Shown here: positions 32,161 through 43,874 of the stretch, in pieces
Layout: the number at the start of each line of letters is the position of its first letter
Numbering within the stretch: the stretch's first letter is position 1
Origin: Macrostomum lignano
Lineage: Eukaryota
DNA: 64,000 bases
NCBI GenBank assembly: GCA_002269645.1
Contig: NIVC01000658.1
Span: 1 to 64,000, forward strand
Direction: 5' to 3'
The notes under the pieces: generated by a model
What the model was told of the DNA's origin: nothing
What the model saw: only the letters and a program-made list of their open reading frames with translations
Databases searched by the model: none
Program-made: the position numbers and the translations under genes

Positions 32161-32929
32161 AGAACTCCATATCAACGATGCGCCCTAATAACAAAATCAA
32201 CTTCTATAACAATGACGAGGTCCTCCAGAAAGAGCGTCTTCTTCTAGAAATAATGGAATCGGAGTCATGTGCTCCTATCAGTTACTCTAGGGTAACAAAA
32301 TCAATGAAATCAATAATCCTCTAAGGGTATCGGAATCGGTCCGCAGATCCTATCCAATCCCTTAGGAAAATGGGAGGCCTCAAATTCAATGAACTCAGTT
32401 AAATCAACTGATCAGTAACGGCCGGAAATAAAATCGCTCTCAGTAATCCAAATAACAAAGGCTCGAACAAAGGCTCACCAATTGGTTTACTTCTCCCTCA
32501 GAGATGTAGCCTCGAGAAGCTTCTGCAGTAAGCTCAAGATGTTTTGAGGCTGCTCCGAGTCTGAGATTTCAGCTCGGATTTTTCGTTTGTATTTATACAC
32601 AATTTGTCGGCCTTGAGTCGACCTTGAGCTCAAAACCGTTTTTTTATGAGTTTACGAAAGAAATTTTTTATTTGACAGGTGGGGTTTCTTGAATAGAAAA
32701 GGGTGAGACTTGGGTCACATTCAGGTTAACATTTACCATATTTGGAAGTTCTAAAAATAGATGTCGAGAACCGGTTTTTCGGACAATAGCATAGACACTC
32801 GCTGTTTGCGTGATATTACTGGTATTACTAAAAAAAAGAGTATGACGCACAGCTATTTTTAAATTTGTATTCATAGTTTTATCTTACTACTTTTAGTAGG
32901 CTACCATGTTTGGAGATCTCTACAAGAGT

Positions 32930-35305
32930 GGGAAAGGGCGGGAGAGAGCGGGAGAGAGCGGGAGAGAGCGGGAGAGAGTGGGAGAGAGCGGGAGAGAGCG
33001 GGAGAGAGCGGGAGAGAGTGGGAGAGAGCGGGAGAGAGCGGGAGAGAGTGGGAGAGAGCGGGAGAGAGCGGGAGAGAGCGGGAGAGAGCGGGAGAGAGTT
33101 GGAGAGAGCGGGAGAGAGCGGGAGAGAGAGAGAGGGAGATAGCGGGAGAGGGCGGGAGAGAGCGGGAGAGAGCGGGAGAGAGCGGGAGAGAGCGGGAGAG
33201 AGCGGAAGAGAGTTGGAGAGAGCGGGAGAGAGCGGGAGAGAGCGGGAGAGAGCGGGAGAGAGCGGGAGAGAGCGGGAGAGAGCGGGAGAGAGCGGGAGAG
33301 AGTGGGAGAGAGCGGGAGAGAGCGGGAGAGAGCGGGAGAGAGCGGGAGAGAGCGGGAGAGAGCGAAAGAGAGTTGGAGAGAGCGGGAGAGAGCGGGAGAG
33401 AGCGGGAGAGAGCGGGAGAGAGCGGAAGAGAGTTGGAGAGAGCGGGAGAGAGCGGGAGAGAGCGGGAGAGAGCGGGAGAGAGCGGGAGAGAGCGGGAGAG
33501 AGTGGGAGAGAGCGGGAGAGAGCGGGAGAGAGCGGGAGAGAGTGGGAGAGAGCGGGAGAGAGCGGGAGAGAGCGGAGAGAGCGGGAGAGAGCGGGAGAGA
33601 GCGGGAGAGAGCGGAAGAGAGTTGGAGAGAGCGGGAGAGAGCGGGAGAGAGTGGGAGAGAGCGGGAGAGAGCGGGAGAGAGCGGGAGAGAGTGGGAGAGA
33701 GCGGGAGAGAGCGGGAGAGAGTGGGAGAGAGCGGGAGAGAGCGGGAGAGAGCGGGAGAGAGCGGGAGAGAGTTGGAGAGAGCGGGAGAGAGCGGGAGAGA
33801 GAGAGAGGGAGATAGCGGGAGAGGGCGGGAGAGAGCGGGAGAGAGCGGGAGAGAGCGGGAGAGAGCGGGAGAGAGCGGAAGAGAGTTGGAGAGAGCGGGA
33901 GAGAGCGGGAGAGAGCGGGAGAGAGCGGGAGAGAGCGGGAGAGAGCGGGAGAGAGCGGAAGAGAGTTGGAGAGAGCGGGAGAGAGCGGGAGAGAGCGGAG
34001 AGAGCGGGAGAGAGCGGAAGAGAGTTGGAGAGAGCGGGAGAGAGCGGGAGAGAGTGGGAGAGAGCGGGAGAGAGCGGGAGAGAGCGGGAGAGAGTGGGAG
34101 AGAGCGGGAGAGAGCGGGAGAGAGCGGGAGAGAGCGGGAGAGAGCGGGAGAGAGCGAAAGAGAGTTGGAGAGAGCGGGAGAGAGCGGGAGAGAGCGGGAG
34201 AGGGCGGGAGAGAGAGAAGGAGAGAGCGGGAGAGAGCGAGAGAGAACGGGAGAGAGCGGGAGAGAGCGGAAGAGAGTTGGAGAGAGCGGGAGAGAGCGGG
34301 AGAGAGCGGGAGAGAGCGGGAGAGAGCGGGAGAGAGCGGGAGAGAGTTGGAGAGAGCGGGAGAGAGCGGGAGAGAGCGGGAGAGAGCGGGAGAGAGCGGA
34401 AGAGAGTTGGAGAGAGCGGGAGAGAGCGGAAGAGAGTTGGAGAGAGCGGGAGAGAGCGGGAGAGAGCGGGAGAGAGTGGGAGAGAGCGGGAGAGAGCGGG
34501 AGAGAGCGGGAGAGAGTGGGAGAGAGCGGGAGAGAGCGAAAGAGAGTTGGAGAGAGCGGGAGAGAGCGGGAGAGAGCGGGAGAGAGCGGGAGAGAGCGGA
34601 AGAGAGTTGGAGAGAGCGGGAGAGAGCGGGAGAGAGCGGGAGAGAGCGGGAGAGAGCGGGAGAGAGCGGGAGAGAGTGGGAGAGAGCGGGAGAGAGCGGG
34701 AGAGAGCGGGAGAGAGTGGGAGAGAGCGGGAGAGAGCGGGAGAGAACGGGAGAGAGTGGGAGAGAGTGGGAGAGAGTGGGAGAGAGCGGGAGAGAGCGGG
34801 AGAGAGCGGGAGAGAGCGGGAGAGAGCGGGAGAGAGTGGGAGAGAGCGGGAGAGAGCGGGAGAGAGCGGGAGAGAGTGGGAGAGAGCGGGAGAGAGCGGG
34901 AGAGAGTGGGAGAGAGCGGGAGAGAGCGGGAGAGAGCGGGAGAGAGCGGGAGAGAGCGGGAGAGAGCGGGAGAGAGCGGAAGAGAGTTGGAGAGAGCGGG
35001 AGAGAGCGGGAGAGAGCGGGAGAGAGCGGGAGAGAGCAGAAGAGAGTTGGAGAGAGCGGGAGAGAGCGGGAGAGAGCGGGAGAGGGCGGGAGAGAGAGAA
35101 GGAGAGAGCGGGGCAGAGTGAGAGAGAACGGGAGAGAGCGGGAGAGAGCGGGAGAGAGCGGGAGAGAGTGGGAGAGAGTAGAAGAGAGAGCGGGAGAGAG
35201 CGGGAGAGAGCGGGAGAGAGCGGGAGAGAGCGGGAGAGAGCGGGAGAGAGTGGGAGAGGGCGGGAGAGGGTGGGAGAGGCCAGGAGAGGCCGGGAGAGGC
35301 CGGGA
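32930..35305. repeat. 10-bp GGGAGAGAGC tandem repeat, about 2.4 kb
   Basis: Same unit and orientation as 12430-12795, with GGAAGAGAGT and TGGAGAGAGC variants. Confidence 0.97.
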
Positions 35306-35865
35306 GAGGTCAGGCCTAAATCCATGAAGCCAGAATCCGAACCAAGAACGGGGGGGTCACAGAAACGGTGCAGTTTGGCAGTCCGAAGTTGCAGGCAGGA
35401 AGGGTAGAACTGTTTGCAGTGGATCGAAAATAGAACATACAACGTTGAACCTCTGCATTCTCTGTGCCTCCTAAATTTCTTTTCTCGCCAACGCGTCTAT
35501 CGGCAGATTTTTCAGTCCTGTTGCCTCATTTAAACAAAGAAGATCTGAAGACAGGAAGAGGTAAACCGAAGCTTATGAGAGGTGAGGGCGTCCTCGCGCA
35601 GCGGGATTATAGTCGAGTGAGGGGATTTCTAAGCGAGACCAGCGGGCGTAGCTCTTGGGGATTGCGAATTTCGTACTTTCGTTCCGGAGAGGAAAAAATG
35701 CAAGCTCGCACGGGTCATTCGGATCTGGAAGGGGAGAGGGGATCTTCATTGGCTGTCCGCGTCAGTTTGTTCCCGGCAAGGCACAGGATAAAACTTCTGG
35801 TTCCTGGAGACTAGTCAGGAAGTGACTTCGGGCGACATCCTGCACAACCGACTGTCTGCAATTCG

Positions 35866-36081
35866 ATGCCGTCAGGCCGCCGACACAGGAGATCCGGCTG
35901 CTGCCTGGACGGCAATCTCTGCCGCACAGTTGTCATTTTTGTTGTCCAAGTGTTGGCGCTGATTCTGACGCCGCTCATTCTCATCTTCATCAATGAGGCC
36001 ATCAATCCTGTTGTTGTGGCCATCTCCGTGGCCTTCCTGCTGCTGCTGATCGCCTCACTGGTTTGCAGCGTTGTCTGCCGG
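35866..36081 (+). CDS. Probable first exon of a small two-transmembrane-helix protein
   Basis: Two hydrophobic helices (VVIFVVQVLALILTPLILIFI; VVVAISVAFLLLLIASLVCSVVC), GC-rich codons, ends at donor CGG|GTGAGT (36082). Downstream exon not established. Confidence 0.4.
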
Positions 36082-36106
36082 GTGAGTTCCCTGCCTGCCC
36101 TCCTTG

Positions 36107-36534
36107 CTGTCTAACAGAAGACACTCTTGTCTAACAGAAGACACTCCTGTCTAACAGAAGACACCCCTGTCTAACAGAAGACACCCCTGTCTAACAGAAG
36201 ACACTCCTGTCTAACAGAAGACACTCCTGTCTAACAGAAGACACCCCTGTCTAACAGAAGACACTCCTGTCTAACAGAAGACACTCCTGTCTAACAGAAG
36301 ACACCCCTGTCTAACAGAAGACACTCCTGTCTAACAGAAGACACTCCTGTCTAACAGAAGACACTCCTGTCTAACAGAAGACACCCCTGTCTAACAAAAG
36401 ACACCCCTGTCTAACAGAAGACACTCCTGTCTAACAGAAGACACTCCTGTCTAACAGAAGACACCCCTGTCTAACAGAAGACACTCCTGTCTAACAGAAG
36501 ACACTCCTGTCTAACAGAAGACACTCCTGTCTAA
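36107..36534. repeat. 20-bp minisatellite CTGTCTAACAGAAGACAC(T/C)C
   Basis: About 21 copies, direct reading. Confidence 0.95.
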
Positions 36535-37098
36535 GAGTGGTTTTCAGAAGTAAATTTTCCTAGAATTTGCCCCAGTAAACAGTCTCAGCTGGCAGACTTA
36601 GCGAGTCACAACTCGGCCCTACTAAGACCCGAGATCCCCGTCGGCAGAGGCCTACGGCAGGACACGGCGGCCCGCTGCAGCCAAACTAATGCATTTCTCA
36701 TCCATCATTTTGTTAGTCAGCCTCTGCCGCGGCTCCCTGCCCCCCTCCTCAATACTCAATCCCTAATGCGTATGCCGCATGTACGGAACCAGGTTTTTTG
36801 TTTGCGCCCAGTTCGGTCACAGCGAACTCAACTGCATACTCGCAGGCCAAGGCTAAATTGAATTCCCAGCCGGTAATCGGACAGATTGGGAGAGGCGGGT
36901 CCAGATGGCCGGGGGTTTTGCTACAGTCACACTGACTGATTGAATCCAGCGCGTTCTCTATAGTGCTGAAAAGCTCAAAATCTTTCGATTCAATGCATTT
37001 TTTGCGTTGCAAACTGTGCCGTTGGTCTTAGGTCTATTCATTCCGGAAAATTGACCAGGAGATTGTGTGTTTCGCCAAACTGGGACTGGGCTTGTGCC

Positions 37099-37234
37099 TG
37101 TTGGGTATTGGGCTCAGTACCCTTATAACCTTATATCTATGGTAGAAATATACGCGTGGGCTAAAGCGCGGCACAGCCCTCTGGGCAAAGTTTATGTTTG
37201 CGCGATATTGAGCCGCTCGGCTTCGTACACAACA
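37099..37234 (+). repeat. 5' LTR, 136 bp
   Basis: Direct repeat of 38888-39023 with TG...CA ends. Confidence 0.96.
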
Positions 37235-37275
37235 TGGCGTCGCAAGCAGCCAAGTGAAAAGCCCAAAAGTGCAAG

Positions 37276-37445
37276 ATGGCACCCAAGATCGACGTCCGAA
37301 GTGCGCCACACTTCGACATCGAGTCACAGAAGGAGCTATACCCACAGTGGAAGCTAATGTGGGAGGCCTTCGAGGAGCTCTCAGGACTCAACAGTCTGGA
37401 CAACGAGGATGAGAAAAAGAAGTACCACCCTCTCGCGCTTCTCAG
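37276..37445 (+). pseudogene. gag N-terminal fragment, truncated by the internal deletion
   Basis: First ATG after the PBS; MAPKIDVRSAPHFD...YPQWKLMWEAFEELSGL resembles Gypsy gag starts; runs into pol-derived sequence out of frame. Confidence 0.6.
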
Positions 37446-38854
37446 ACCACAAAGAGGCAGATGCTCTGTCAAGAGCGCCTGTGGAGCCTGCAAGCAAGGA
37501 CGACGAAATAGCAGAAGAACACGAGATCAATATTGTCATGGCGATCGACGAGATTCGTACACCAGAGGCGGAACTGATCCGAAGGGCGAGCACCGACGAG
37601 GAGTACCAGACGCTGAAGAGAATAATTCAACAAGGCTTTCCGAATGCGAAAGGAAACCTGCCGAACTCCGTGCGCCCGTTCTGGAGTGTCCGTGACAAGC
37701 TGGCCGTGGAGCGCGACATGATTGTCGTTGGAGCTCGGCTGCTAATCCCCAAAGAAATGCGAGCTGAGGTGCTGACCAAGATGCTCAAGATGCATCAAGG
37801 GATTGTGAAGATGAAGCAGCGAGCCAGAACGGCATTCTACTGGCCAGGTATTGACAACGACATTGAAATGGCGTCGCGAAGATGCAAAGCATGTCAGGAT
37901 AACTTACCAAGTCAGTCGAAGGAACCTCTGTCTGTTCGACAGGAACCGGATAGGGTGTTTCAGGAGCTCCACGTCGACTTGTTTCAGTTCGCTGGGAAGA
38001 CATTCCTGGTCATTGTGGATGGAAAGTCTGGCTGGCCGACTTTGGACCACTTTGGGGCAAGCGCGACGACGCACAAGCTCATCAACGCCTTGAGGAAGCG
38101 ATTCTGTGAGAAGGGAGCCCCAGAAGTGTTATGGTCTGACAATGGACCACAGTTTACAGCAAGAGCATTTCTTGGATTCCTGAGTCGATGGAACGTCGAA
38201 GCCAGGAGATCGTCCCCCATGTATGCGCAGAGCAATGGTCGTGCAGAGGCTGCTGTGAAGGCAATGAAGAAGTTGGTGCGCGGTAGCTGGGATCACAACG
38301 CACGGGAGCCCAACTGGGACGACCTGAGTCAGGGAATGCTGATGTACTGCAACACAGCCCGGCATGACGGCAGGTCTCCAGCACAGCTGGTGTTCGGTCA
38401 CCCAGTACGCGACACCTTGCCCGCTCACAGGAGAGCCTTTGCGGAGGAGTGGACGGCTAGGGCAGAAGAGATAGACAGAAAAGCTGCTGAGAAGCGCGAG
38501 AGGGTGGAAGCCTATTATAACCAAGCAGCCCATCAACTACCAAGACTGAAAGTGCGAGACAGAGTTGCAGTGCAAGACATCCAGACCAAGAAGTGGGACC
38601 GATACGGTGTGATCGTCGAAGCGATGAAAAACAACGACTTCCTGGTCAAACTGGCAAGCGGTAGAGTGCTGAGAAGAAATCGGAGATTGCTCAGAAGAAG
38701 ACTACCGGTCCTGGCAGCTGAAGCACGACATCGTGATGCGACATCGTTGCACGCCAAGCCCAGAGAACCCGAGCCGCAAACGAGGTGGCCCGTACGAAAC
38801 CGTCGACAACCTGTTCGGCTTCAGGTCAACCCCCAAATGAAGTCATATGACTGA
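37409..38854 (+). CDS. Gypsy integrase with the RNase H C-terminal tail
   Basis: EADALSRAP (end of RNase H), zinc-binding HQG...YWPG...CKAC, catalytic VDLF / SDNGPQF / SNGRAEAAVK; 481 codons open. Confidence 0.92.
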   Translation: MRKRSTTLSRFSDHKEADALSRAPVEPASKDDEIAEEHEINIVMAIDEIRTPEAELIRRASTDEEYQTLKRIIQQGFPNAKGNLPNSVRPFWSVRDKLAVERDMIVVGARLLIPKEMRAEVLTKMLKMHQGIVKMKQRARTAFYWPGIDNDIEMASRRCKACQDNLPSQSKEPLSVRQEPDRVFQELHVDLFQFAGKTFLVIVDGKSGWPTLDHFGASATTHKLINALRKRFCEKGAPEVLWSDNGPQFTARAFLGFLSRWNVEARRSSPMYAQSNGRAEAAVKAMKKLVRGSWDHNAREPNWDDLSQGMLMYCNTARHDGRSPAQLVFGHPVRDTLPAHRRAFAEEWTARAEEIDRKAAEKRERVEAYYNQAAHQLPRLKVRDRVAVQDIQTKKWDRYGVIVEAMKNNDFLVKLASGRVLRRNRRLLRRRLPVLAAEARHRDATSLHAKPREPEPQTRWPVRNRRQPVRLQVNPQMKSYD

Positions 38855-38887
38855 AGGACCCATTGTGTTTTGAATCAAAAGGGGAGA

Positions 38888-39023
38888 TGTTGGGTATTGG
38901 GCTCAGTACCCTTATAACCTTATATCTATGGTAGAAATATACGCGTGGGCTAAAGCGCGGCACAGCCCTCTGGGCAAAGTTTATGTTTGCGCAATATTGA
39001 GCCGCTCGGCTTCGTACACAACA
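38888..39023 (+). repeat. 3' LTR, 136 bp
   Basis: Direct repeat of 37099-37234. Confidence 0.96.
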
Positions 39024-39063
39024 GTGCCGAGTGCTGGATCCGCATTTGCCTCGCGGGATTTCA

Positions 39064-39325
39064 GCTCTCCTCTCTCTATCTCTCCTTCTATCTCTCCCAC
39101 TCTCTCTCTGTCTCTCTCTATCTCTCCCTCTCTATCTCTCCTCTCTATCTCTCCCTCTCTTTCTCTCCCCTCCATCTCTCCTTTCTATCGCTCCCTCTCT
39201 ATCTCTCCTCTCTATCTCTCCCCTCTATCTCTCCTTTCTATCTCTCCTCTCTATCTCTCCCTCTCTATCTCTCGCTCTCTATCTCTCCCCTCTATTTCTC
39301 CTTTCTATCGCTCCCTCTCTATGAG
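39064..39325. repeat. CT-rich low-complexity repeat
   Basis: CTCTATCTCTC(C) variants. Confidence 0.9.
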
Positions 39326-39789
39326 TATCTGTCTTCGTATCTCTCCCTTCATTACCCCTTTTGCGAAAGAGAAGATGATTACATCCATGTATTGTTTCTA
39401 ACGTGTCTTCTGAGGATTCCTTGTCGCGTCCATTCACATTTTTGTCGATTTCTGCTTTTGCGTGAAGGATAGTACGGTATGCGAGTAAATTAAACAATAA
39501 TTCATAATTATTAAGAATGTCATTTTGTAATTCTGGTTGGCACTGCAGTGCTGTACAACTCTTTCCCTTGCATGCAGTGCCTCTACTTGCGGCGAAAAGG
39601 ATCTGCCTTTCGCCATCGATCAGCCGGACTCAAGTGTGTCCCCATGGCAACGGCTAGGCCAATAAGTGCCCAGCTGCCAATGGAACTTCATCAGTTGAGA
39701 TCACCCGGAACTTGCGGGCTCGACACTCTGGATCGAGTGTGGGAGCAGGATGAGGTGGGGGCTACCGAGACTCGGACGGAGGCAAGTCG

Positions 39790-39797
39790 GACAGGCG

Positions 39798-39892
<95 letters not shown>

Positions 39893-39932
39893 GGCAGGCA
39901 GGCAGACAGACAGACAGACAGACAGACAGAAG

Positions 39933-39968
<36 letters not shown>

Positions 39969-40382
39969 GGCAGGCAGGCAGACAGACAGACAGACAGACA
40001 GAAGGACAGACAGACAGACAGGCAGGCAGGCAGACAGACAGACAGACAGACAGACACAGGCTAGTGACAGACACAGGCTAGTGACAGACACAGGCTAGTG
40101 ACAGACACAGGCTAGTGACAGACACAGGCTAGTGACAGACACAATCCGCACCGCCAATTCCAGTCGCGCATGCCGCCATCGAAGACCTGCATGACCATCG
40201 TCAGCCAGACGCTGGAAACGCGGCCTGCCGATCAAAGCGACCAAACTAGCAGACCCGACTCCAGTGTCAGCGACCCATGGGAGCTGCAGCAGCAGCAGCA
40301 GCAACAGCAGCAAGAGACCCTGTCTTCAAGGTGTGTTGCTTCAATTTTTATCTGCTATTTCTATCTGTTTTATCTGACAGAA

Positions 40383-40419
<37 letters not shown>

Positions 40420-40450
40420 GGCAGACAGACAGACAGACAGAGAGACACTA

Positions 40451-40487
<37 letters not shown>

Positions 40488-40500
40488 GGCAGACAGACAC

Positions 40501-40591
<91 letters not shown>

Positions 40592-40620
40592 CAGACAGAC
40601 AGACAGACAGACAGACAGAC
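39790..40620. repeat. Two (GACA)n microsatellites with a 20-bp CAGGCTAGTGACAGACA-type repeat and a short (CAG)n between them
   Basis: GACA runs at about 39790-40055 and 40376-40620; 20-bp unit at about 40055-40142. Confidence 0.93.
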
Positions 40621-40916
40621 TGGCGGTCCCATTCGGCAATTTTGATCACAATTGCAGCAGCAGGCTCGCCCCAAGTCTGCTATCAACAGCAGAGTCAGCA
40701 TCAGCCGGCATTGACAGACCGAAGCTGAAGCGGCAACACCAGCGCACTTTGTATTTGGACTCCAGCGGCAATCATACGCAAACTTTCTTGTAAATTTTTC
40801 GGATGAAAATGCTGATTTGTTATTGCTGTTAGTAGCAGCAGCTGTTGAACAGTTTGCTTTCTTGTTCGTCTGAGGTTCAACAATAAATAAATTGACACAA
40901 AATACACTGCGCTTAT

Positions 40917-40995
40917 GGGGGCGGAGCAGCTCAGCGGTGAACGCGTCCGACTCTCAAGCCGCGACCCCTGAGTTCGATTCCGTGCGCTTCCGCAT
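40917..40995 (+). mobile_element. tRNA-derived SINE head or pseudo-tRNA
   Basis: A-box-like CAGCTCAGCGG and B-box-like GAGTTCGATTC at tRNA spacing; GCGGAGC...GCTTCCGC acceptor-like ends; anticodon and T stems pair poorly, so not a functional tRNA. Confidence 0.45.
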
Positions 40996-41199
40996 TTATT
41001 TGGGGCTCGTGTACACGAAAATGGGACCAGGGGGTTGTCATAGTAATAATAGTAGTAATAGTTGTATAATACAGTTATAATTTACATGTACACGAGCTTT
41101 AGATAAAATTGAAATGCAATATGTTCTAATTCACACACGCAAAGCAGACTACTTAGTTTATCAAGCGTAAGTAGTGTACATATTTTAAATAAACATATC

Positions 41200-42120
41200 T
41201 TAGTGTTCTAGTGTCCTAGTGTCCTAGTGTCTTAGTGTTCTAGTGACTAGTGTCCTAGTGTCCTAGTGTCCTAGTGTCCTAGTGTCCTAGTGTTCTAGTG
41301 ACTAGTGTCCTAGTGTCCTAGTGTCCTAGTGTCCTAGTGTCCTAGTGCCCTAGTGTCCTAGTGTCCTAGTGTCCTAGTGTCCTAGCGTCCTAGTGTCCTA
41401 GTGTCCTATTGTTCTAGTGTCCTAGTGTCCCAGTGTCCCAGTGTCCCAGTGTCCTAGTGTCCCAGTGTCCCAGTGTCCTAGTGTCCCAGTGTCCTAGTGT
41501 CCTAGTGTCCCAGTGTCCCAGTGTCCCAGTGTCCTAGTGTCCTAGTGTCCCAGTGTCCCAGTGTCCTAGTGTCCCAGTGTCCCAGTGTCCTAGTGTCCTA
41601 GTGTCCCAGTGTCCCAGTGTCCTAGTGTCCTAGTGTCCCAGTGTCCTAGTGTCCTAGTGTCCCAGTGTCCTAGTGTCCCAGTGTCCTAGTGTCCTAGTGT
41701 CCCAGTGTCCTAGTGTCCTAGTGTCCTAGTGTCCTAGTGTCCCAGTGTCCCAGTGTCCCAGTGTCCTAGTGTCCCAGTGTCCCAGTGTCCTAGTGTCCTA
41801 GTGTCCTAGTGTCCAGTGTCCCAGTGTCCCAGTGTCCTAGTGTCCAGTGTCCTAGTGTCCTAGTGACCCAGTGTCCTAGTGTCCTAGTGTCCAGTGTCCC
41901 AGTGTCCTAGTGTCCTAGTGCCCCAGTGTCCTAGTGTCCTAGTGTCCTAGTGCCCCAGTGTCCCAGTGTCCTAGTGTCCTAGTGTCCCAGTGTCCTAGTG
42001 TCCTAGTGTCCCAGTGTCCTAGTGTCCCAGTGTCCTAGTGTCCTAGTGTCCCAGTGTCCTAGTGTCCTAGTGTCCTAGTGTCCCAGTGTCCTAGTGTCCT
42101 AGTGCCCCAGTGTCCCAGTG
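41200..42120. repeat. 8-bp GTGTCC(T/C)A tandem repeat
   Basis: Direct reading; same unit recurs at 45465-45790. Confidence 0.95.
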
Positions 42121-42677
42121 CGTAAACATTTCCAAAAAGGCTGGCACTGCAGGCAAGACTGAGCAGCGGAGAGCTGAGAATGCCTGTCAGTGACAGAGAA
42201 TAATAATACACTGAGTCGAATTTACAATAGCATTGTTCTGTGAATAAACAGTACCCACCCCTACCAGCGATTTCTGCACTGTCTAGCCTATGGCAGTGAA
42301 GCCATGCGTAAGGTGAAAAATACTGACTACCCAGACCTGCCTGCTCAGGCCTTGCAGTGACTGAGAAAGGCTTTAAAATCTATTGGATTGAATGCCTGCA
42401 ATTGCTAGCTGCTTTTGAGATATCAGAGACCCGTGGCGATCATTGAATTCTGGCTGTCTCAACTTGAGTTCGTTGGTCAAAATTCAAGCCAGATAAAGTT
42501 GCCAAATATAATTGTTACTGAGTAGCTTCATCAGCTCAGCAAAATCCGCCCCGTCCAGCTCGTACAACGAATTTCTAAAGCAACCATCTTTTACATAATC
42601 AAATCCCTCTACAGCTTTTATAGCAGGATACCTGGCGAAAAAAAACTGTAGTTTTTTCAGAAAATGCTACAGTATCT

Positions 42678-43410
42678 TTTCTACAGTAATCCCTACAGTA
42701 GCCCCTACAGTAATCCTTACAGTAATCCCTACAGTAATCCCTACAGTAATCACTACAGTAATCCCTACAGTAATCACTACAGTAATCCCTACAGTAATCC
42801 CTACAGTAATCCCTTCAGTAATCACTACAGTAATCCCTACAGTAATCACTACAGTAATCCCTACAGTAATCACTACAGTAATCCCTACAGTAATCCCTAC
42901 AGTAATCCCTACAGTAATCCCTACAGTAATCACTACAGTAATCCCTACAGTAATCCCTACAGTAATCCCTACAGTAATCACTACAGTAATCCCTACAGTA
43001 ATCCCTACAGTAATCCCTACAGTAATCCCTACAGTAATCCCTACAGTAATCCCTACAGTAATCCCTACAGTAATCCCTACAGTAATCCCTACAGTAATCC
43101 CTACAGTAATCACTACAGTAATCCCTACAGTAATCCCTACAGTAATCCCTACAGTAATCCCTACAGTAATCCCTACAGTAATCCCTACAGTAATCCCTAC
43201 AGTAATCCCTACAGTAATCCCTACAGTAATCCCTACAGTAATTCCTACAGTAATCCTACAGTAGTCCCTACAGTAATCACTACAGTAATCCCTACAGTAA
43301 TCACTACAGTAATCCCTACAGTAATCCCTACAGTAATCCCTACAGTAGTCCCTACAGTAATCACTACAGTAATCCCTACAGTAATCTTAACAGTAGTCTC
43401 TACAGTAGTC
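42678..43410. repeat. 12-bp CTACAGTAATC(C/A) tandem repeat
   Basis: Direct reading. Confidence 0.95.
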
Positions 43411-43874
43411 CCCACAGAATCCCCTACAGCATCCCTTCAGCCTTCAGCATTAACCTTACAGCAGAAGGCTAAACAAAACGCGGACATGGAGTGCTTACCC
43501 TAAACACAGTAGTCAGCTGTCGTCTGAAGGTCAGTCATAACTTCGGTCAGAAGGAGAACGAAAAAAGATTTTTATCTCCTTCTCGCGCACTCTGACAAGA
43601 AGTCAGACTCTGATTGTCAGATGAAAATAGACGTTATGCTCATTAATGAGACGGTTTCTCAAAGATAAAAATCTGTCAGACATGACTGGGTCAAGTGCGT
43701 GGGTGAGGCTTAGCTAGAACTTCATCAATTATGGTTAGAGATGCTGCTGCACGGATAAGGAGAATGGATAACTAAGCTCGATCATGTTACTGATAAATTA
43801 GGTGCGAAATGTGTCTCTAAGTTGTCTCTGATCTAATTACTAAATTCTGAACTCAAGTACAGAAGACCATGTAG

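Larger units (their letters stand above)
37099..39023 (+). mobile_element. Internally deleted Ty3/Gypsy LTR retrotransposon, 1925 bp
   Basis: LTRs TGTTG...CAACA at 37099-37234 and 38888-39023 (one mismatch seen); TSD GTGCC at 37094-37098 and 39024-39028; PBS-like TGGCGTCGC directly after the 5' LTR; polypurine tract AAAAGGGGAGA before the 3' LTR. Confidence 0.96.

Noticed and set aside
32906-35442. Long ORFs of ERAGESGR / LSRSLPLSPA repeats, and the same at 11008-11723 and 12407-12970
   Set aside because: Products of 10-bp and 30-bp tandem repeats lacking stop codons; no coding signal.
36749-37012. Minus-strand 87-aa ORF as a host gene disrupted by the LTR insertion
   Set aside because: Non-ATG start, in-frame stop seven codons upstream, no recognisable domain.
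37409-38854. Idea that the mini-Gypsy integrase serves the Polinton-like virus
   Set aside because: 15 kb apart, with its own LTRs and TSD; nothing links them, and the virus may carry an integrase beyond the window.
39548-40701. DRQT / LSVC repeat ORFs
   Set aside because: Translations of (GACA)n.
40921-40994. Functional tRNA gene
   Set aside because: Anticodon and T stems do not pair properly; kept only as a SINE-like head.
42664-43503. YSNP / TVGI repeat ORFs
   Set aside because: Translation of a 12-bp tandem repeat; no splice or start context supporting a gene.
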